This document shows positions 1 to 8,331 of a stretch of 64,000 nt of DNA, in pieces. The position numbers and the translations under genes were made by a program. The notes below the pieces were generated by a model that saw only the letters and a list, made by a program, of their open reading frames with translations, was not told where the DNA came from and did not search any database. The stretch is from a bacterium. GTDB lineage: Bacteria; ARS69. Location of the stretch: the NCBI GenBank assembly GCA_025774805.1, contig JALGZR010000019.1, positions 3,387-67,386 on the forward strand, written 5' to 3'. Numbering within the stretch: position 1 is the stretch's first letter; each line of letters opens with the position of its first letter.

Positions 1-867
1 GATCTGCCGAATCTCCAACACGGCTTTCCGGATTCGCATTTCATCTGCTTCCCTTACGAAAGCCGACGCACCGGAATCTACGCCGCCGGATGCGTGCGCC
101 AGCCCATGGACGGCCTCGCAAGCAGAGAGGACGCGGCGGGGGCCGCGCTGAAGGCGATCCACTGTGTCGAGTTGACCTCCCGAGGAGAGGCGGTTCATCC
201 GCGCGCGGGCGACAAGTCCTACCCCGATTTCTTCCTGCAGAGATGCACGCAGTGCAAGCGATGCACCGAGGAGTGTCCCTTCGGGGTACTCAACGAGGAT
301 ATGAAGGGCACTCCGCTGCTGTGGGCAACGCGGTGTCGTCGCTGCGGGGTCTGCATGGGCGCCTGCCCCGAGCGAATCGTCTCCCTCAAGGATTATTCAG
401 TGGAAATCGTGGCGTCCATGATCAAGGCGGTCGAGGTCCCGGACGAGATCGAGGAGAAGCCGAGGATCCTGGCACTGCTTTGTGAGAACGATGCCTTCCC
501 GGCGTTGGACCTCGTGGGGCAGCACCGCCTGCGATGCAACCCTTACGTTCGCGTCATCCCCGTCAGATGTCTGGGTTCACTCAATCCCGTGTGGGTCTCG
601 GAAGCCCTCTCGGCCGGATACGACGCGGTCCTGTTGATCGGCTGCAAGTACGGCGACGATTATCAATGCCACTTCATCAAGGGGAGCGAGCTGGCTTACA
701 CGCGCAGCGACAACATCAGAGAAAAGCTGGAGAAGATGGCCATGGAGAGCGAGAGGGTCGAGCTCCACCAGCTGCAAATCTCCGACTACGACAAGCTCCC
801 CGAGATATTCGAAAACGCTGCCAGAGTGATCGAAGAGATCGGCATGAACCCGTTCAAGGGAATGTGA
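1..867 (+). CDS. qmoB: QmoB-type HdrA-like subunit, C-terminal part (ferredoxin + MvhD-like domains); 5' end lies outside the window
   Basis: Frame 1 is open from nt 1 (..GIYAAGCVRQPMD..). Two CxxCxxCxxxCP motifs (CTQCKRCTEECP, CRRCGVCMGACP) are followed by MvhD/FlpD-like LALLCENDAF..VIPVRCLGS..LLIGCKYGDDYQCHF. The next gene is QmoC-type. Confidence 0.8.
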   Translation, partial: DLPNLQHGFPDSHFICFPYESRRTGIYAAGCVRQPMDGLASREDAAGAALKAIHCVELTSRGEAVHPRAGDKSYPDFFLQRCTQCKRCTEECPFGVLNEDMKGTPLLWATRCRRCGVCMGACPERIVSLKDYSVEIVASMIKAVEVPDEIEEKPRILALLCENDAFPALDLVGQHRLRCNPYVRVIPVRCLGSLNPVWVSEALSAGYDAVLLIGCKYGDDYQCHFIKGSELAYTRSDNIREKLEKMAMESERVELHQLQISDYDKLPEIFENAARVIEEIGMNPFKGM

Positions 868-918
868 GGGACGTGTAGCGGTTTATGGCGGTTTGCTGTT
901 TGGGGGCGACTCACGAGA

Positions 919-2271
919 GTGGCCGGAGGATGGACGGGGGTGGAAGCCGCCGAGGAGATTCCACAAGTGACACCGAAGACCCGAGCGCAGGAGAGCCTGC
1001 GGACGGCTCCTGCCCCACCGGAAGAAAGCGGTCCGGTCCGCCTCGAGCCGGATCTGGACTTCATTCGCGCGCTGCGCAAGCACGGCGTAGATGACTACAA
1101 GAAGTGCATGCAGTGCGGCACCTGCTCGGCGACGTGCGACCTGTCGCCGGATCACGAGCCCTTCCCACGTAAGGAGCTGGCCTGGGCCGTCTGGGGGATG
1201 AGAGACCGTCTGCTGCGGGACCCGGACGTCTGGCTGTGTCACCAATGCAATGACTGCTCGACGCGGTGCCCCCGCAGCGTCCGGCCGGGAAACATATTGG
1301 CCGCGGTCCGCCAGGAGGGCGTGCTGCACTATGCGTTCCCCCGTTTCCTGGGCCGATGGGTCAACCAGCCCGAGTGGCTGCCACTCTTGCTGGGCATCCC
1401 GATTGCGCTGCTCACGCTCGCTCTCGTCTGGAAGGACCCGATCGAAAGTGCCCTGGGCATTTCGAGGCCAGCCGGCGACAGGATCCTGTACAATTACTCC
1501 AGTGTGTTCCCCCACTGGATGCTGAACGCCTTCTTCGGCTTCTTCAGTCTCCTGGCTCTCGTCGCGATCCTCGTCGGGGTGGTGTGCTTCTGGCGTGCCA
1601 TGAAGGTGGGTGTGCCGCCAGATCGAGTCGCCAACCTGGGCCGCGGCGTCGTCCCGAGCATCTTCACGACCATCAAGACGGTCTTCACCCACGACGACTT
1701 CGTCCAGTGCACGAGGGCCAGCCCGCGGTTCCTTTCCCACCTGTGCGTCTTCTTTGGCTTCCTGGCCCTGACGCTGGTCACGCTGTGGGTGATCACCGCC
1801 AGGTACAACCCCCTGATTCAAGGGGAGTTCATCTATCCCTTCGCCTTCTTGAACCCGTGGAAGATGCTGGCCAACGTGGGCGGTATCGCGCTCATCGCCG
1901 GCTTGCTCCTGATGATTCGAGATCGTTTCAGGGACAGAGAGGATCTCGGCACGGGCTCCTACTTCGACTGGGCTCTGATCTCGAAGCTCCTGTTGGTGGC
2001 GATCACGGGATTCATTACCGAGGTGTTGCACTACCTTCGCCTGGAGCCTCACCGACACATCGCTTACTTCGTACACCTGGCTTTCGTGTTCGCGATCTTG
2101 ATGTACCTGCCGTACTCGAAGCTCGCCCATCTGGCGTACCGTGCCACCGCTATGGTCTTCGCAGAGCACACCGGCCGACACGTGGCAGCGGCGTCTTCCG
2201 TGGCGAACAGCGGGCAGGCTCGTGGGGAAGAGGAAGGAGATGATGTCGGAAGAACCACTGCGGCGCCGTAG
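919..2271 (+). CDS. qmoC: QmoC: HdrC-like di-[4Fe-4S] domain fused to an HdrE/NarI-like heme-b membrane domain
   Basis: CMQCGTCSATC and CHQCNDCSTRCP motifs, then about six hydrophobic helices. The first in-frame start is GTG 919; GTG 940 or 967 are also possible. Confidence 0.8.
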   Translation: MAGGWTGVEAAEEIPQVTPKTRAQESLRTAPAPPEESGPVRLEPDLDFIRALRKHGVDDYKKCMQCGTCSATCDLSPDHEPFPRKELAWAVWGMRDRLLRDPDVWLCHQCNDCSTRCPRSVRPGNILAAVRQEGVLHYAFPRFLGRWVNQPEWLPLLLGIPIALLTLALVWKDPIESALGISRPAGDRILYNYSSVFPHWMLNAFFGFFSLLALVAILVGVVCFWRAMKVGVPPDRVANLGRGVVPSIFTTIKTVFTHDDFVQCTRASPRFLSHLCVFFGFLALTLVTLWVITARYNPLIQGEFIYPFAFLNPWKMLANVGGIALIAGLLLMIRDRFRDREDLGTGSYFDWALISKLLLVAITGFITEVLHYLRLEPHRHIAYFVHLAFVFAILMYLPYSKLAHLAYRATAMVFAEHTGRHVAAASSVANSGQARGEEEGDDVGRTTAAP

Positions 2272-2614
2272 AAGCGCTCTGATCGTGGCCGTTCCAGCGG
2301 TGATCCTGCTGGCTCCTCTCGGATACAGTGTCGTGTCCGCGCTGTTCGCCCGCGAGACCGTACCCTCTCCGACGTTTCTTGAGAGGCCTGACCCGATGTA
2401 CGAGAACTGCGTCAAAGAGACGACGTACATGCGCTACCACCACTGGGAGCTGCTGAGGGCGGTCCGAGAGGAGGTCGTCCGCTACGGAGAGCGGGGGGAG
2501 ATAGGCCTTCACAAGTGCATGGAATGCCACAAGAGTCGAGAACGCTTCTGCAATCAATGCCACGACGCCGTGAGTCTGTATCCGGACTGTTTCGGATGTC
2601 ATTACTATCCATGA
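2240..2614 (+). CDS. Membrane-anchored triheme cytochrome c, DsrJ paralog
   Basis: RBS AGGAAGGAG then ATGATG at 2240, overlapping the qmoC 3' end by 32 nt. N-terminal TM anchor. Three CxxCH motifs (CMECH, CNQCH, CFGCH). Aligns with DsrJ at 27795-28187, including ENCVKET vs EKCVEET. Confidence 0.8.
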   Translation: MMSEEPLRRRRSALIVAVPAVILLAPLGYSVVSALFARETVPSPTFLERPDPMYENCVKETTYMRYHHWELLRAVREEVVRYGERGEIGLHKCMECHKSRERFCNQCHDAVSLYPDCFGCHYYP

Positions 2615-2713
2615 GGACGCGAGTGTGTCTTGTTGCCTCGTTGCGACTGAACGAGAAGATCTTGGAGTCCAAGGGCCACAGAATGGAACAACCGTCCGGA
2701 GGGTAGGCGAAAG

Positions 2714-3454
2714 ATGGACAGAAGAGAGTTCCTGACAGCTACGGGTGGCGTGTTGGTGGCAGGAGGTTCCTCTGTCCATGCGGTCCGATTGCTGACCACG
2801 TCGAGCGTGAGCCGGACAGGCGCAAAAGGCCCGGCGACCAAACGCAAGTGGGGGATGGTCATCAATCTCAACAAGTGCCGGGAGGACTGTACAGCGTGCC
2901 TGGAAGCCTGCCGGGAAGAGAACAACGTGGCCTTCCACGGCGACAGCCGCTGGGACGTGCACTGGATCAGGAAAGTCACAGTCAGGAGCGAAAGCGCCGG
3001 CCAGATCACCGAGAAGCAGGTGCTGTTGCTGTGCAATCACTGCGACAGGCCGCCGTGCGCGCAAGTCTGTCCCGTGCAGGCCACCTACAAACGTGACGAT
3101 GGCATCGTCATCGTGGATCACCACCGATGCATCGGATGCCGGTATTGCATGATCGCGTGCCCGTACAACGCACGGTATTTCAACTTGAAAGAAAGCGAGG
3201 AGTGGCCCAACAAGGAGTTTCCCAAGCGATCGCACGGGGTGGCCGAAGCCTGCACCCTGTGCACGCATCGCCTGGAGAGGAATCAACAGCCGGCATGCGT
3301 CGAAACCTGCGCGCGCAGGGGCTTTGGAGCTTTGACCGTCGGTGATCTGAACGATCCCGAGAGCGATGTTTCGAAGTTGATCGCGAGTCATTCGACCAAG
3401 CGGATCAGAGAGGATCTCGGCACGGAGCCGAAGGTCCACTATATCGGCCTCTAG
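2714..3454 (+). CDS. Tat-exported 4Fe-4S ferredoxin-type subunit, DsrO/PsrB/HybA family (DsrO paralog)
   Basis: Twin-arginine signal MDRREFLTA. Cys clusters CNHCDRPPCAQVCP and CIGCRYCMIACP. Paralogous to the ORF at 28178-28951. Confidence 0.85.
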   Translation: MDRREFLTATGGVLVAGGSSVHAVRLLTTSSVSRTGAKGPATKRKWGMVINLNKCREDCTACLEACREENNVAFHGDSRWDVHWIRKVTVRSESAGQITEKQVLLLCNHCDRPPCAQVCPVQATYKRDDGIVIVDHHRCIGCRYCMIACPYNARYFNLKESEEWPNKEFPKRSHGVAEACTLCTHRLERNQQPACVETCARRGFGALTVGDLNDPESDVSKLIASHSTKRIREDLGTEPKVHYIGL

Positions 3455-3599
3455 CCCGGACTATTCATGAACGACCTGCTGCGATCGCGGATCCGCACCA
3501 CCGGACGGGCGTCCTCGCGTCTCGCACCCTGCGACGTATCGTTCAGATACGACTCGGGTTCGAGATCTCGCGACGGCCCTTCATGAATAATCCGGGCTA
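3452..3599. mobile_element. Family-1 palindromic miniature element (MITE/REP-like), copy 1
   Basis: Terminal inverted repeats TAGCCCGGACTATTCATGAA ... TTCATGAATAATCCGGGCTA. A second copy lies at 23803-23983. The first TAG is the stop codon of the upstream gene. Confidence 0.6.
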
Positions 3600-3611
3600 G
3601 GAGAGGGCGAC

Positions 3612-4814
3612 ATGCAGCTCGAGTTCGAGAGGATCGAGGGAGGGTCAGTTCAATACCACGCGACGTTGACGATCCTGGCGGCGCTGGCCGTCGCGGGCGT
3701 GGTCGCCACGTGGTGGGTCTCCGAACAGGGGATCTGGGTGACGGGGATGAACAACCGGGTTCCCTGGGGCCTCCAGATCGTGATGGCCGTGTATTACATC
3801 GGGTTGTCGGCCGGGTCGCTCGTCATCTCCGGCTTGTACGGAGTCTTCGGAAAGGTGGAGTACAAGCCGTTCGCGAGAATCGCAGTCTATCTGGCGATGC
3901 TCTTCCTGATTGCCGGTCTGCTGTCGATCCTCACGGACCAGGGAAGGATGGACCGGGTCTTCGTCGAACCATTCGTCTACTTCAATCTCCAGTCGATGTT
4001 CTCGATCAATCCGATCCTGTACATCGGACACATCCTGATCTGCGTGCTTTACCTTTGGGCGCTGTTCGAGGAGAGGAAAACGCTGACGAAGGTGGTGGCA
4101 ACCGTCGCCTTCGGGTGGGCCTTCTGCGTGCACAGCGGCACGGGGGCGATCTTCGGCTTCGGAGCGCGCGTGCTGTACGAATCGCCCCTGCTGCCGGCGA
4201 GTTTCGTGGCGGCGGCCATGGCATCGGGCACCGCGCTAATGATCTTGGTGATCGTCGCCCTGTTCAGAATCACGAGGCGGCCGTTGGACGACGAGCTGGT
4301 GCTATGGCTCGGACGGTTTCTGGCCGTGTGCATCATCGTGGTCGTGTACTTCCTGTTCATGGAGAACGCCTACCGAGTCTACGTCGTCGAGCTGCGCTAT
4401 GCGGCGCTGTACTATCTTTTCGATGGCCTTCACGGCTTCCTGTTCTGGGGTGGGCTCGTCATTGTCGGCCTGATCGTCCCCATGGCGATCCTCTTCATTC
4501 CCAGGACTGGCAAGTCGATTCGGTGGGTCGGCATCGCATCCGCCCTGGTGGTATTCGGTGTCCTGTGCGAGCGGTATGTGATCGTCATTCCCGGGCTGAC
4601 ACACCCGCCGGAGCTTTTTCCGGGCATGGAGGTCATCGGACTCCGAGAGGGAATCGTCGATTATTCGGTCAGTTTCGCCGAGATTGTCCAAGCTCTGGGT
4701 GTGCTGGGGGCCATCGGTTTCCTGTTCGTCTGGGGTTTGAAAACTTTCAAACTGCTACCGACGGAGGCGCGGGCTGTGGTGCAGCCCGCCGCCGCCAAGG
4801 CTCCGGTTAGCTGA
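3612..4814 (+). CDS. NrfD/PsrC-type integral membrane subunit (DsrP paralog)
   Basis: 400 aa and hydrophobic throughout (about 10 TM helices). RBS AGGAGAGG before ATG 3612. Same family and length as DsrP at 28959-30116. Confidence 0.85.
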   Translation: MQLEFERIEGGSVQYHATLTILAALAVAGVVATWWVSEQGIWVTGMNNRVPWGLQIVMAVYYIGLSAGSLVISGLYGVFGKVEYKPFARIAVYLAMLFLIAGLLSILTDQGRMDRVFVEPFVYFNLQSMFSINPILYIGHILICVLYLWALFEERKTLTKVVATVAFGWAFCVHSGTGAIFGFGARVLYESPLLPASFVAAAMASGTALMILVIVALFRITRRPLDDELVLWLGRFLAVCIIVVVYFLFMENAYRVYVVELRYAALYYLFDGLHGFLFWGGLVIVGLIVPMAILFIPRTGKSIRWVGIASALVVFGVLCERYVIVIPGLTHPPELFPGMEVIGLREGIVDYSVSFAEIVQALGVLGAIGFLFVWGLKTFKLLPTEARAVVQPAAAKAPVS

Positions 4815-4975
4815 CACGAGTGGGGATCTCGAAGCATGGAGCCCAATTCCCTCTTTAAGAACGATTGCGGATACAGCATAGGCAGTCGCTCCGGTTCGAG
4901 AGGCGTGCCCACTAGTAACTCTATGGAACGTCGCGTTATACTTCACAATCGCTTTCGGTACACGAGGAGTGAGTC

Positions 4976-5425
4976 ATGCCCGAGGACAAAGAAGTCCTGA
5001 TCATCGACGACAGCGAAGAGAACGTCGCCTTCATGCAGGAGATTCTCCAGGAGATGGGACTCCCGTCCCGGGTGGCCTGTAACGGGAAAGAGGGGATACA
5101 GGCGCTGCGGGAGAAGCGACCCGACCTTGTTCTGCTGGACGTCATGATGCCCCGCAAGAGCGGCTTGAAAGTCTTCCAGGAGATGAAGCGGGATCCCGAG
5201 CTCGAGAAGATCCCGATCATCATTGTCACCGGGCTCGGCGAGGTCACCGGCGTCGATATCGAGACGGGCCGGGAGGACGAGAAGGAGAGCTACCGGGACG
5301 ACGTCGTACGTCGTTTCGGAGCGAGTCTTCGCAAGCAGCTTGCCGGTCTCACGCCAGACGGTTTGGTCGAGAAGCCGATCGATCCCCCGGAGCTCATGGG
5401 CAAGATCAGAGAGCTCCTGTCCTAG
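4976..5425 (+). CDS. Single-domain CheY-like response regulator
   Basis: VLIIDDSEENV..PDLVLLDVMMPRKSG..IPIIIVTG..LVEKP. RBS GAGGAG. Paralog at 37634-38083. Confidence 0.9.
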   Translation: MPEDKEVLIIDDSEENVAFMQEILQEMGLPSRVACNGKEGIQALREKRPDLVLLDVMMPRKSGLKVFQEMKRDPELEKIPIIIVTGLGEVTGVDIETGREDEKESYRDDVVRRFGASLRKQLAGLTPDGLVEKPIDPPELMGKIRELLS

Positions 5426-5445
5426 CACCGAGGTTTCCGGCGGAC

Positions 5446-7458
5446 GTGGCAGACCGGCGCCGGAGCCTTAGACCCGGAGCCCAGCCGGTGGCGAGCCGAG
5501 GCCGGAGCATCCAGTGGCGGATCATGGCGCGGCTGTTGCCGCTGCTGGCACTCGTCTTCGCCGCCGTGATGATCTGGCTGAGCACGGTCCAGCGAGACGC
5601 GCTCTACGCGAACAACCTGGAAACCGTCCGGCGTGCGAGCCGCGCGACGGTCCGCGCCACCGACGTCTCGATGCTGAACGCGCAGGGAGATCATCCCTGG
5701 GACTGGCTGAGACCGAGGATCGAGACGCAAGAGGGTACCTGGATCCGGATTGTCGGCGCGCAGGGTCGGATGGCCTTCTCGAGCGACCCGACCGAGGTGG
5801 AAACACCTCCCGATCTCGATGATTTTTCCTGCGCGCCCTGCCACGCGGGGAGGCCCGATCCGGTTCCCGCGACGGCCATCGTGCCGGGACCAGGTGGAGA
5901 TCACTACCAGGTCCTGGCCACGCCCTTGCACAATCGCGATGAATGCCGTGTCTGTCACGAGGCGCAGGAACCGAACCTCGGAATCGTCCTGGTGGGTCAG
6001 AGCGTCGAACCGATTCGCCGGGTCGTGCGGACCGTTCGGATCGGCATCGCCGTTGCTGTCGGGATCGCTCTGTTGCTGACGATCTTGACGACACGGATGG
6101 TGCTTGGTCGGCTGCTGGGCCGGCCTCTGCAAAGGCTTGTGAAGGGGGCGCGGTCGATCGGGGCCGGCGATCTCGGACAGCCGATCTATCTGGGTGAAAC
6201 CACGGAGTTGACCGAGCTGGCCGACGCGCTGAACCTCTCGACATCGCGGCTGGCGGAAATGATCCACCGCGTGGAGCGGCAGCGCGACGAGTTCCGGACC
6301 CTGTATCACTTCACCGATCAGATCAATCGCGCCGTTCGACCGGAAGAGCGCCGGCGCCGTGCCGTGGAGCTGGCGACCCAGTTCCTGGGAGCCGAGTGCG
6401 TCCTCGTCCAGGCCGACTACCAACCGGAGTCACAGACCGGACAGGGAACGATCACGCTCCGCGAAGCCGGAGGTTTCGAGGATCATCCGTTCCGGTTCGG
6501 CCCCGACGCTCAGGAGGGTGTCCCACCGTTCCTGAGCCGGATCATCGAGCGCTGGCTGAAGGGCGAGTTCGACGACAAGGCCATGGTGAAGGAAGGCTGG
6601 ATCGAGGGCTACCCCGTGCAGCACGAGGGAGGGCAGCATCTGGGACTCCTTCTGCTACCGATTGACCGGTTCGGCGAAACGGAGCAGGTGCCGCCCGACC
6701 CCGACTTGGTTCGCGCGATGTGCCGTCACATCGCGATCGCGATCGAGTTCTCGGGGATGCAGACCGAGCTCGTCGGCCAGGAGCGCCTGGCGGCGATCGG
6801 AGAGACCATCGCCGGACTGGCGCACTGCCTGAAGAACGCTCTCAACGCGCTACGCGCGGGTCTGTTCATTACGGACCGCGCACTCGATGGAGACGACCCG
6901 GAGAAGCTCCGTCGCGGGTGGCGCATCACCAAGGTGGGGATCCGGCAGATCGAGGAGCTCAGCCTCGACATGCTCTACTACGTCAAGGAACGAAAGCCCG
7001 TGCGCAAACAGACGAATCCAAACGTAGTCGTCCGAAAAGTCATTGAATTGCTGAGCGAGACGGCATCCGAAAGAGACGTCCAGCTGCGCGTGGAGCTCGA
7101 CGAGCAAGTCGGTGGTGAGCTGCTGGATCGCACCACGATCTACCGGGCAATCCTGAATCTCGTGACCAATGCGATCGACGCGTGCACCGAGTCGGAGACC
7201 GGGGATCTCGTGGTGGTGCGGACCCTCTCTACGCCGGACGGGATCGTGCTGACCGTCGAGGACAACGGCATCGGGATGACGGACGACGTCCGTTCCCGGC
7301 TGTTTACCCGCCTCTTCTCGACCAAGGGCGGCAAGGGAACCGGTCTGGGTCTCGCCGTGGTCAAGAAGATCGTGGAGGAGCACGGTGGATCCGTCGAGGT
7401 CGAGTCGACGCCGGGGCGCGGCTCGTCGTTCCAGATACGCCTGCCACGATCAAGCTGA
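5446..7458 (+). CDS. Sensor histidine kinase with a periplasmic domain carrying two CxxCH motifs, HAMP, a GAF-like region, DHp and HATPase
   Basis: A TM helix, then CAPCH (5829-5843) and CRVCH (5944-5958), a second TM helix, HAMP, H-box GLAHCLKN, and N/G boxes (NLVTNAIDA, DNGIGM, GTGLGL). The GTG 5446 start is supported because IQWRI aligns with IQRRI of the paralog at 38119. Confidence 0.85.
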   Translation: MADRRRSLRPGAQPVASRGRSIQWRIMARLLPLLALVFAAVMIWLSTVQRDALYANNLETVRRASRATVRATDVSMLNAQGDHPWDWLRPRIETQEGTWIRIVGAQGRMAFSSDPTEVETPPDLDDFSCAPCHAGRPDPVPATAIVPGPGGDHYQVLATPLHNRDECRVCHEAQEPNLGIVLVGQSVEPIRRVVRTVRIGIAVAVGIALLLTILTTRMVLGRLLGRPLQRLVKGARSIGAGDLGQPIYLGETTELTELADALNLSTSRLAEMIHRVERQRDEFRTLYHFTDQINRAVRPEERRRRAVELATQFLGAECVLVQADYQPESQTGQGTITLREAGGFEDHPFRFGPDAQEGVPPFLSRIIERWLKGEFDDKAMVKEGWIEGYPVQHEGGQHLGLLLLPIDRFGETEQVPPDPDLVRAMCRHIAIAIEFSGMQTELVGQERLAAIGETIAGLAHCLKNALNALRAGLFITDRALDGDDPEKLRRGWRITKVGIRQIEELSLDMLYYVKERKPVRKQTNPNVVVRKVIELLSETASERDVQLRVELDEQVGGELLDRTTIYRAILNLVTNAIDACTESETGDLVVVRTLSTPDGIVLTVEDNGIGMTDDVRSRLFTRLFSTKGGKGTGLGLAVVKKIVEEHGGSVEVESTPGRGSSFQIRLPRSS

Positions 7459-7465
7459 CGCCGGG

Positions 7466-8290
7466 TCAAGACCTGACCAGCAGCGGAAGCTCGGTCTCCA
7501 AGTTGGCGGGACGAACGCGCACGAGCCACGTGTCGGCGCCGATGGAAGACGGGTGATCCAGCGCTCCCTGGTTGACTTCCAGCACTTGGCCGCTCAGGGG
7601 CACGAACACGTTGTGTGATTCGCCGGAGGCGGTCTTCAGTCTGAAGCCGACCAATCCCTGCTCGATGAGATCGCTCTCGCCGGGAGCGTCCAGTGAAGCG
7701 AGAGCGTCCACGGTGTCCAGAAACGATGCCTCGATGCCCATCCTGATCGTGCCGTCCTGCTGGTAGACGGCCCAAGAGTGCTCCCGCAGGTGAAAGCGAT
7801 CGCCGGGCTTGAGCTTCAGCACCGGGAACTCGGCGCTCTCCGTTGCGGCCAGTGCCTCCGCGGTGGACGGCCCGGGCGCCACGGCACGGCGCAGTGTGCG
7901 ATTGACTGGCCCCAACAGCTCCTGCCGCGTGAAGGGCTTGGACAGATAGTCCACCGCGCCGAGGCGCAGCGCGTGGAGCGCGGTGCGGATCGTCGGGTAG
8001 CCCGTGATCATCAGCACCGGCACCTCTTGGCCCTTGGCGCGCATCTTCTCCATCAGCTGGATGCCGTTGATGTCGGGCATCATCAGGTCCATGATCACCA
8101 GGTCGTACGTTCGTGATGCAAGCAGCTCCAGCGCTTCCGGGGCTCCGAACGCCGCGTCCACCTGATGCCCTTGTCGGCCCAGTATGCGTTGCAGGCTGTC
8201 GTGGATGATTTCCTCGTCGTCTATGACCAGGATGCGGGACCCGTCGCCGGTCTGGCGGTCCTGCCGCTGTTTGATCGGCGCCTTTCCCAT
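7466..8290 (-). CDS. Response regulator: REC domain fused to a glycine-cleavage-H-like (GcvH-like) domain
   Basis: REC: ILVIDDEE..DLVIMDLMMPDING..LMITGY..YLSKP. The C-terminal 120 aa align with GcvH (EHSW..DGTIRMGI..LKTASGES..VPLSGQVLEVN..P....W). Confidence 0.8.
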   Translation of the reverse strand: MGKAPIKQRQDRQTGDGSRILVIDDEEIIHDSLQRILGRQGHQVDAAFGAPEALELLASRTYDLVIMDLMMPDINGIQLMEKMRAKGQEVPVLMITGYPTIRTALHALRLGAVDYLSKPFTRQELLGPVNRTLRRAVAPGPSTAEALAATESAEFPVLKLKPGDRFHLREHSWAVYQQDGTIRMGIEASFLDTVDALASLDAPGESDLIEQGLVGFRLKTASGESHNVFVPLSGQVLEVNQGALDHPSSIGADTWLVRVRPANLETELPLLVRS

Positions 8291-8331
8291 TGCCGTGCTC
8301 CTTGCCAGTCCGTTCGGGTGCGGCGAACGGC

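Noticed and set aside
883-2430. 515-aa ORF on the minus strand opposite qmoC
   Set aside because: It is an antisense shadow ORF typical of GC-rich DNA: Arg/Pro/Gly/Gln-rich with no motifs. The plus-strand frame encodes a clearly recognisable QmoC.
2150-3439. 429-aa minus-strand ORF opposite the DsrJ-like and DsrO-like genes
   Set aside because: Same reasoning: no recognisable domains, while both plus-strand genes have diagnostic CxxCH, Tat-signal and FeS motifs.
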